Below, piece after piece: positions 1 through 6,709 of a stretch of 64,000 nt of DNA. Both the position numbers and the translations under genes were made by a program. Below the pieces are notes generated by a model that did no database searches, was not told the origin of the DNA, and was given only the letters and a program-made list of their open reading frames with translations. Each line of letters opens with the position of its first letter. Within the stretch, counting starts at the first letter, position 1. This DNA is from a virus: IMG/VR virus record IMGVR_UViG_3300044653_000068, positions 1-64,000 of that record; one strand, written 5' to 3'.

Positions 1-28
1 GCAGATAACCGGGTTGCTCCGGCTCGTC
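1..28 (-). ncRNA. Y RNA-like unit, 5' part only (truncated by window edge)
   Basis: Minus strand GACGAGCCGGAGCAACCCGGTTATC matches the GAGCCGGA...GGTTATC 5' motif of the other units. Confidence 0.6.
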
Positions 29-85
29 TCACAGGGGACGGTTATTCAGTTGTGCCTCCCCGGGGATGTCCGGGAAGTGTTAGGG

Positions 86-236
86 CGCGGAGGGCATAAA
101 GGCGCTCCCGATTGGGGGGGGGGGGGACCGCTGCTCTGCCTGGCTGAGCTACCCGAATGTGGGTGGACACCCGGGACGGGATTTGAACCCGCGACCTGCG
201 GTTTAACAGGTAATCGGAAGACTCCGGCTCTCCGCG
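86..236 (-). ncRNA. YrlA-like Y RNA with circularly permuted tRNA domain
   Basis: Terminal stem CGCGGAGAGCCGGA/UUAUGCCCUCCGCG. Order inside is T-arm (GCGGG-UUCAAAU-CCCGU), loop-closed acceptor-like stem, then D-arm (UAGCUCAGCCAGGCAGAGC), closed by ACCGC/GCGGU. C13 loop. Confidence 0.8.
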
Positions 237-250
237 ACGCTATGGAGTTG

Positions 251-1300
251 TCAGGCGGCGGTGAAAGTGATCGAGGCCTTGGGGCTGCCGGGGTCGTTCC
301 ACCGCACGGTCACGGTGTAGACAGCGCCCTTGACGAGCGCCCCGTAGAACACCGCGTTCGTGGTGACGACCTTGGTGTCCATCAGCACGCCGTTCTTGAA
401 GATCGACGTTGACCAGGCAGCGCCGGCGACATCGCACGGCATCTTCCAGGACAGGTCCTCACGGGAGGGAGTGGTGGCGTCCGCGCTGGCGGTCAGGCCG
501 GCCGGGGCGGTAGTTGACGCCTGGTGGTTGCCCGTGATGCCAGTGCAGGCCGGCGGCGGGGTAACCGTGCTCACCAGGTTCGTGCCGTCCACGGAAGTGA
601 CGTAGCCGGTCTGCGTGGCGGAGGTGTCCCCGACTCCGATCCACGCCCAGACCAGCGGGTTGGTGTCGCCGTCCGGGTTGGTTGCGAAGTCCGCCTTGAC
701 CTGCGCCATGGTGATGGCGCACGTGCCGGCGGGGATCACGGTCGCGTTCTGCCCGGTCCACGTGCAGTCAACGCCGACAGCGGCCGCGTTCGTGTTGTTG
801 ACCGCGCCCATCGCGAGCTTGTTGGTGCCATCGTAGGCCGGGGTATCGCTCGCGCCGTGGTCCAGGAACACAGCCGACCCGCCCGGGAACCCGAGGAAGG
901 TGTCGGAGGCGCTGGTGTCAACGTAGAGGTTGTACCCCTCCAGGCCCGACCCGACGATGGCCGGCGCCACGAACTGCCCGTCCTTGTTGAACAGGTCGTG
1001 CAGGCGGCCCAGCGGGACGACGATGCCGGAGTCAGCGCCTGCGCCCGCGCTCAGGTCCACGCCGTTCGCGCCGAGCGTCTGGCTGGCGTCCGGATAGCCG
1101 AGGGGCGCGTTGCTGAACTCATTGCTAGCGGAGACGCTCGCGCTGCTGGCGGCGAACTGGTAGTCGCCGTTCTGCGCGAAGGTGGCCGCGCTGGCGGTCC
1201 CGCCCGCAAGGGCGGACGCACCGCCGGCCGTGAGAAGCAGCCCTGTGATGACGGCGACCGCGCGGATCGCCCCGGTGAAGCGCTTAGTGAAGTCAGTCAT
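251..1300 (-). CDS. Secreted protein of unknown function, possible FN3-like C-terminal domain
   Basis: 349 aa, N-terminal signal peptide with AxA site, high GC3. Confidence 0.75.
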   Translation of the reverse strand: MTDFTKRFTGAIRAVAVITGLLLTAGGASALAGGTASAATFAQNGDYQFAASSASVSASNEFSNAPLGYPDASQTLGANGVDLSAGAGADSGIVVPLGRLHDLFNKDGQFVAPAIVGSGLEGYNLYVDTSASDTFLGFPGGSAVFLDHGASDTPAYDGTNKLAMGAVNNTNAAAVGVDCTWTGQNATVIPAGTCAITMAQVKADFATNPDGDTNPLVWAWIGVGDTSATQTGYVTSVDGTNLVSTVTPPPACTGITGNHQASTTAPAGLTASADATTPSREDLSWKMPCDVAGAAWSTSIFKNGVLMDTKVVTTNAVFYGALVKGAVYTVTVRWNDPGSPKASITFTAA

Positions 1301-1343
1301 GCGGTAGAACCTAGCCTCTCGTTACGCGGATGTCCTGCGGTTA

Positions 1344-1446
1344 GGAGGGGGCATAAATCGGCGGCGCACTTCCCCCGCCTGCGCGGAGGTCATCCCAAGG
1401 AGATCCTTGGCTGGGGTGATAAGCGCCGGGCCGTCCGGCTCCCTTT
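1344..1446 (-). ncRNA. Y RNA-like unit without clear tRNA arms
   Basis: GGGAGCCGGA...GCUUAUC...UUAUGCCCCC terminal stem motif. Confidence 0.65.
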
Positions 1447-1453
1447 TACTAGA

Positions 1454-1527
1454 ACGCGGGCATAAGAATTGCGGTCGCCGGGGTTGCCTTTACAAGAGAT
1501 AACCCGGCTGTTGGGTCCGGCTCGCGC
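1454..1527 (-). ncRNA. Short Y RNA-like unit (YrlB-like, no tRNA domain)
   Basis: GCGCGAGCCGGA...GGUUAUC...UUAUGCCCGCGU. Confidence 0.65.
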
Positions 1528-1546
1528 GCTGTGCAGTTGTGGAGAA

Positions 1547-1673
1547 CGCGGGGGGCATAAGGCGCGACCTGGGCGCCTCCCTTGCGGAAGACTCTGCCAA
1601 TAGACCTGAGCGGGTTTAGCGCTCCGGCCTGGTATCGAACCAGGATAACCAGATCCACATCCGGCTCCCCGCG
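1547..1673 (-). ncRNA. YrlA-like Y RNA
   Basis: CGCGGGGAGCCGGA/UUAUGCCCCCCGCG stem; T-arm CUGG-UUCGAUA-CCAG precedes a loop-closed stem and a D-loop remnant (UGGCAGAG). Confidence 0.7.
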
Positions 1674-1696
1674 ATGTTCATGAAGTTGTCGGGCTG

Positions 1697-1823
1697 GGCG
1701 GGGGCATATGTGAGGCACCTGGGTTTTCGCGCGCTACCGTTACGCCAACGCCCTCACGGGCTCCCGGAGTTGAACCGGTCCTCGACCTCCGCAGGGTAAC
1801 CAGACGCCAGTCCGGCTCCCGCG
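1697..1823 (-). ncRNA. YrlA-like Y RNA
   Basis: GCGGGAGCCGGA/AUAUGCCCCCGC stem; T-arm CCGG-UUCAACU-CCGG followed by D-arm UGGCGUAACGGUAGCGC (permuted order). Confidence 0.72.
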
Positions 1824-1870
1824 CTCTGCTTCGTAACCTACCGCACGATGTCGGCTCCCTGTCAAATTCG

Positions 1871-2206
1871 TTACGCCCGGCCGACCTGACCCTGCCGGCC
1901 GGCCCTCAGCGTGTTCGCTGACTCGAACCGGGTGAACATGTACTTGTCGAAGTGAACGCCGAGGCCGCAGTCCGTATTCCCGGGAAGTTCGGTGCAGCTC
2001 ACGCGAATTCTCGCGCCGTCCACGGGGCGCATGATCACGGACACCGCACCGCACCGCCGCTCAGGGTAGACGTACAGGGTCGTGGCCGCCGCCTGGCACA
2101 TCACGCACAAGACGTGGTGCGCCCTGCCTGCGGGCATCCCCGGGTAGTCCCGCAGGCAGCCGCAGCTCAGCCGCCAGGTCCTCGTGGCGTGATGCGTTCT
2201 GGGCAC
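1871..2206 (-). CDS. Small Cys/His-rich hypothetical protein, possibly zinc-binding
   Basis: LSCGC, CxxC and further Cys/His; directly follows the radical SAM gene. Confidence 0.55.
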   Translation of the reverse strand: MPRTHHATRTWRLSCGCLRDYPGMPAGRAHHVLCVMCQAAATTLYVYPERRCGAVSVIMRPVDGARIRVSCTELPGNTDCGLGVHFDKYMFTRFESANTLRAGRQGQVGRA

Positions 2207-2239
2207 ACCCCGAGGATATCGTTACCCCAGCTCACACCC

Positions 2240-3997
2240 TTACCGCATGCCGTGCGGCCCGCAGACCAGGTTAGGGCCGCAGATGAAGTCCGGCTTGCAC
2301 GTGGTCTCCGGTTCAGGCTTAGGCTCAGGCTCGGGATCGGGGTCCGGCCCGGCCATGACGAGAGCGGGCTCGTCAGCAGCGCCCCAGTCAGGGCGGCAGG
2401 ACTGGTACGGCCCGCACACCAGGTTCGGCCCGCAGTCGCTGTAGGGGCCGCACGGCCTGCACGCCGTCGTCGGCGCGTCGTCGTCCAGCTCCAGGGTGTT
2501 CCCCGGCACGCAGTAGGACGGCCCGCACACGTGATCAGGCCTGCACGCGTCATCCGTGATCGCCATCTCGTCCGGACGGCACGACTCATTGGACGGCCGG
2601 CAGTCACTCGGGCCGCAGTCCGGTCCGCACGGCGAGCACGCGGTCACGGCCACGGCCGGCCTCGGCATACACGAATTGGGCGCGCACCAGACAGTGGGGC
2701 CGCAGGGATCGCCCGGCGAGCACGCGGTCACGGGCTTGACGGGGCGGCAGTCGTACGGGGAGCAGTCCTCGTGGGTGTCCGGGTAGCACGCGTCGGGCGG
2801 GCAGACGCTCATCACGTCCTTCGGCGCGCACGCGTAGGCCGGCCCGCACGCGAAGTCCGGACGGCACAGGTCCTCCGCGAGCGCCTTGTTCGGCGTGCAG
2901 TGCGGCGCGCAGACCCCGATGAAGTCCGGGCCGCAGATCGCGTCCTCGGCGGCGACCCGGCGCGGGCCCATGTCGTCGGGGTTGCAGGCCTCTTCCGGCG
3001 CGCAGTCCCCGGCGTTCGCCACGCTGGGCTTGCAGGGGATGTCCGGCCCGCAGGCGTCGGGGAAGCAGCCGGGCGACACCTCGCCGACGCTGGTCTCCCC
3101 GGCCACGGCGCTCCGGGACGGCTTGCAGGTGGAAGGCCCGCAGTACGGCGCGCAGATCGGCATGCAGTCAGCTGTCTTGGGAACGCAGGGACCGTCAGGC
3201 CCGCAATTGCCGTTAGGCACGCAGGAGTCGTACGCGTGACCCCGCCAGTTCGGGATGACCGACGCCTGGCTCCGGACCTCCTCGATGTGCTCCCCGAGGG
3301 GGGCCTCGTGCACGTTCCCGGCCTTCATCCACCGGGTGAGCGGGCACGGGGTGACGCTGCCATCAGGCAGGATGGCCGCGCGGCCGGCGCCGCAGTTGCC
3401 GCAGCCCTGCGTCGGGTCGCAGGTGGTGCCGCGCCCGAACTCGCGGAGGTGATCGCCGCCGATGTCGGTGACGCCCATCTCCCTCAGCAGGGCGATGCCC
3501 TCGGAGTACCGCTGGCCGGGGACCAGCCCGTCGATGACGCCGGCCCGCAGCGGGATGCCGTACATCACGGCCTTGGCGATGTTCGCCTTCGTCTGCCGCC
3601 AGGTGTCGCGCTGGGCGATGGCCTTGTGCTGCTCCCGGTCGTCGGTGTACCAGCTGGTGGCCAGGCGGACGCCCGGGGTGCGCAGCAGCTCCCACGTGGC
3701 GGCCGAGACCGCGACCAGGTTGCTGAACACCTCGGCTTCCATGCCGATGGCGAGGGCGTGCCGGACGAGGCGGGGCAGGTCCGGGTTGAGGGTGGGCTCA
3801 CCGCCGATGAAGCAGACGAACCGGGCGCCGAGCGCTCGCGCGTCGTCGAGGACCTTCTCCCAGTCCTCCGCCGTCATGTCGCCGTGATCGCCCTCGGGGC
3901 TGGAGCCCGCGTAACAGTGAACGCACTCAAGCTGGCACTTGCCGGTGAGTTCGACCCAGATGGACCGCACCGGCCTCTGGAGAATTGCAGTGGACAT
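2240..3997 (-). CDS. Radical SAM protein with Twitch/SPASM-like domain and fused poly-CxP tail
   Basis: CQLECVHC (CxxxCxxC), GGEP, CGNC...ILPDGSVTPC; C-terminal ~330 aa has 42 CxP motifs; SD GAAGGGA upstream. Confidence 0.93.
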   Translation of the reverse strand: MSTAILQRPVRSIWVELTGKCQLECVHCYAGSSPEGDHGDMTAEDWEKVLDDARALGARFVCFIGGEPTLNPDLPRLVRHALAIGMEAEVFSNLVAVSAATWELLRTPGVRLATSWYTDDREQHKAIAQRDTWRQTKANIAKAVMYGIPLRAGVIDGLVPGQRYSEGIALLREMGVTDIGGDHLREFGRGTTCDPTQGCGNCGAGRAAILPDGSVTPCPLTRWMKAGNVHEAPLGEHIEEVRSQASVIPNWRGHAYDSCVPNGNCGPDGPCVPKTADCMPICAPYCGPSTCKPSRSAVAGETSVGEVSPGCFPDACGPDIPCKPSVANAGDCAPEEACNPDDMGPRRVAAEDAICGPDFIGVCAPHCTPNKALAEDLCRPDFACGPAYACAPKDVMSVCPPDACYPDTHEDCSPYDCRPVKPVTACSPGDPCGPTVWCAPNSCMPRPAVAVTACSPCGPDCGPSDCRPSNESCRPDEMAITDDACRPDHVCGPSYCVPGNTLELDDDAPTTACRPCGPYSDCGPNLVCGPYQSCRPDWGAADEPALVMAGPDPDPEPEPKPEPETTCKPDFICGPNLVCGPHGMR

Positions 3998-4009
3998 CTG
4001 ACTTCCCTT

Positions 4010-4294
4010 CTACGCGGACCGGTTCTCGCGGTCCCGCAGCTCGCTCAGCTTGTCGGCCGGGATGCTGCTGAGGTGCCACCACTTATGACCTGACGGCTCC
4101 TCGCACTCGTAAACGTGCATCGCCTGGCCGGGGTGATTTACCCTACCCGACCGCTTGGCCTCCTCGCGCGATAGATAGCACTGCTTGCCGCACGTCCGGC
4201 AGACCTTGTGGGCCATGTACGGCGACCATCCGTCTGTGTCCCGGGTCTTGCGCCTGTGAGCGCGCCCCCGGCTCCGTCCCTTGCTACTGGGCAC
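4010..4294 (-). CDS. Small basic zinc-binding protein
   Basis: CxxCGK...YEC...WHLSS pattern typical of small actinophage proteins. Confidence 0.6.
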   Translation of the reverse strand: MPSSKGRSRGRAHRRKTRDTDGWSPYMAHKVCRTCGKQCYLSREEAKRSGRVNHPGQAMHVYECEEPSGHKWWHLSSIPADKLSELRDRENRSA

Positions 4295-4889
4295 GCGGCG
4301 GCCCGTCGAACGGCGAGGTCGTGGTGACGACGGTGTTCTCCGGGGGGCTCAGCCTGGCGGCGGCCTGGCGGCTCCTGATCGTCTCCGCCTCCAGGTCGAT
4401 CTTCACGCGGGTGCGCGCGGCGACGAGAGGGTGACGGGTAAAGCTCAGCTCGTTATCCTGCGCGCTCTCACCGCTCTCGCTCCAGTTAGTCGAGCCGCCG
4501 AACATGTCCAGGCTGTCGATGACCCCGGATTTGAGGTGGACGATCGCGTTCTTCTCGCTGCGCCCGATGACCACGGAGTTGCTCGGGTAGGCCATCGTCT
4601 TCAGCAGGGCGGCTTCGTGCTTGCCGGCGGCCTGGGTGGAGTCGAGCACCAGCAGAACGTACACCTTCTCGTCCTGGAGCTTGCGCAGGATCGCAGCGGC
4701 CAGAGCGTCGTCGTCGAACCCGAACATCGAGACCACCAGCGACTCGGTTGCGGAATTGATCAGCTCGACGAGCGCCCCGTGCAGGTTGTCCTGGGGGGCG
4801 TAGAGGGTGAGATGATCCTCGACCGGGTAGCCGGGGGGGAAGGGGCGGGCTGCGTACGTGGCAAGGGCCGAAAACTTAGCGAGCGACAT
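4284..4889 (-). CDS. Phospholipase D-family (single HKD) nuclease/phosphodiesterase
   Basis: HLKSGVID (HxKxxxxD) and GSTNWS...DNEL. Confidence 0.85.
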   Translation of the reverse strand: MSLAKFSALATYAARPFPPGYPVEDHLTLYAPQDNLHGALVELINSATESLVVSMFGFDDDALAAAILRKLQDEKVYVLLVLDSTQAAGKHEAALLKTMAYPSNSVVIGRSEKNAIVHLKSGVIDSLDMFGGSTNWSESGESAQDNELSFTRHPLVAARTRVKIDLEAETIRSRQAAARLSPPENTVVTTTSPFDGPPRAQ

Positions 4890-4982
4890 GATCTTGATCT
4901 TACCCAGCGGGGAATTGCCGTACCAGGAGCGTGGTTAGGATGAGGCATGCCGAACAGGTCCCTACGAAAGGAACACCGACTG

Positions 4983-5561
4983 ATGTCACGCAATAAGAAG
5001 CGCAAGGACAGGGCCCCGACGAGGATCTATCACGAACAGGCCCTCGCAGTGGTGCCCGAGCCCCCCATCACGCACGTGAACACCCAGGTGCTGCACGACA
5101 AGAACGCTTCGGTGGTGAACGTCCAGCTCGCCAAGCGCACGCATAACCACTTCGACCCGCCGGAGTACGAGTACAAGGCGTCGGGCTCGGCCAAGCGGGA
5201 GCGCGGGGATGTTCACGATGAGACCACGGGCGAGCTGCTGGCCCTGTCCCGCGCCTTCCTCGACCTGTCCCGGCAGCTGGAGGGCGAGGCCCGGAAGCGT
5301 GTGAGGACGGCTGCCGAGGCCGAGGACGCCAGGAAGCGCCGGACACTGAAGAAGGTGCTGAGGGCGGCCGAGCCGCAGAGGCACCGGACCCTGGAGGAGT
5401 GGCAGGAGATCCAGCGCGACCGACAGCAGGCGCAGAACCTGGACTACGGCCCGGTGGCCACGGAGTTCTTCGGAAGGCTCCCGGCGCACCCGGATCACGA
5501 CAGCGCTCGCGCCTACACGCCGCGTCACGCGGACGGCAAGCACCCGGACGGAACGCGGTAA
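4983..5561 (+). CDS. DUF1876/Rv2632c-like protein
   Basis: ASGSAKRERGDVHDETTGELLALSRAF motif; SD AAGGAA. Confidence 0.65.
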   Translation: MSRNKKRKDRAPTRIYHEQALAVVPEPPITHVNTQVLHDKNASVVNVQLAKRTHNHFDPPEYEYKASGSAKRERGDVHDETTGELLALSRAFLDLSRQLEGEARKRVRTAAEAEDARKRRTLKKVLRAAEPQRHRTLEEWQEIQRDRQQAQNLDYGPVATEFFGRLPAHPDHDSARAYTPRHADGKHPDGTR

Positions 5562-5641
5562 GGGTGTGATCGCACGTCACAGACGGTTCCTGTAGCCTGG
5601 TCTGGTGGGACTACCTCCTATCAGGGCAGGGGCCGTCTAAG

Positions 5642-6709
5642 GTGGACGTGCTGAACATCGCGCTCGCGATCAGCACGGCCCTCGGCTCCGCTGGTACCGT
5701 AGCGTATTACAGGGAAACGCACAGTGACGGCGTACGGGTTAAGCGCGCGGCGGAGACCAGGGCGATCGTGGATGCGGCGCTGGCTCCCGTCCTGGTCGAT
5801 CTTCAGGCTATTCGCGCCCAGTACGCCGCTGACAACTCGCAGACGCCGCTGGTCATAAAGACCGTGCTGTCCGAGGCGCTGGAGCCGATGCGAGATCAGA
5901 TCAGCACGCTTAACACCAAAATTGAGCCATTGTGGACGGCGTTGATCAACATGGGAATCAACCAGACCAACGTCCTGCACCAGCCTGACCCGCGCAGAAC
6001 CGAGATCGACGGGCTGCTGGAGGAACTTCAGGACGAGCTTGTGAACGGCCACCTGATGTCCCAGCCTGACTACACCCGGTTGCGCGAGTTCCTGAACAAG
6101 ATCAAGGTCTGGGAGCCGGGAACGGACATCGGCTTCCCCGTGCTGCCGGCCGAGCCCACCTCGGCGGCTATACTCCTGAGTGTGATGGGACTGTCCCGGC
6201 AGCGTCGCAGTCAGGAGCGGTTAGGCATGAGCGCGTCCACACCAGACCCCGGTGGACTACCCGAGCATGAGACTCGTGAGGTGAAAAGCGTGTCTGACGG
6301 AAATGGCGAGCGCGGCCCGCAGGGCGAGCGCGGCCCGAAGGGCGACAAGGGCGAGCCCGGTCCGTCCGTGCTTAACAAGCTCGCCGAGCAGCAGGTGTCC
6401 CGGCTCATCGCGGCGAAGACCATGCCGAGGTGGTGGGGCTACGCGCTGATCACGGGTCTCGTCGTGCTGACGGCGGTCGTGATCATCCTCGCCGCGTGGG
6501 TGCTGCCCGCGCTGAACAATAACACCATCAGCGACAGGTCGTACGTCAACAAAGTCGTACAGCACGAGTGCGCGGCCTTGAAGCAGGTCGCCGCCAGCCT
6601 CCCGTCATCACCGCCCTCCGACCCGGCGGCGAACCCGTCGCGCGTGACCAACTACCAGACCTACCTGGCGATCACGTCCTGGGCGCGCAGCGACGGATGC
6701 CCGGCGTGA
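5642..6709 (+). CDS. Membrane protein; probably two genes (5642-6223 and 6227-6709, the second with collagen-like GXY repeats and a TM helix)
   Basis: N-terminal TM segment; internal SD AGGAG before ATG 6227; GERGPQGERGPKGDKGEPG. Confidence 0.65.
   Translation: MDVLNIALAISTALGSAGTVAYYRETHSDGVRVKRAAETRAIVDAALAPVLVDLQAIRAQYAADNSQTPLVIKTVLSEALEPMRDQISTLNTKIEPLWTALINMGINQTNVLHQPDPRRTEIDGLLEELQDELVNGHLMSQPDYTRLREFLNKIKVWEPGTDIGFPVLPAEPTSAAILLSVMGLSRQRRSQERLGMSASTPDPGGLPEHETREVKSVSDGNGERGPQGERGPKGDKGEPGPSVLNKLAEQQVSRLIAAKTMPRWWGYALITGLVVLTAVVIILAAWVLPALNNNTISDRSYVNKVVQHECAALKQVAASLPSSPPSDPAANPSRVTNYQTYLAITSWARSDGCPA

Noticed and set aside
164-210. Canonical tRNA-Asn(GTT) or attachment-site tRNA fragment
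   Set aside because: The D-arm lies downstream of the T-arm and acceptor, and the whole is enclosed in the repeated Y-type stem, so it is a permuted mimic. No integrase in the window.
1344-1861. CRISPR array
   Set aside because: Repeats are degenerate paired half-motifs with structured inserts of very different lengths; no cas genes.
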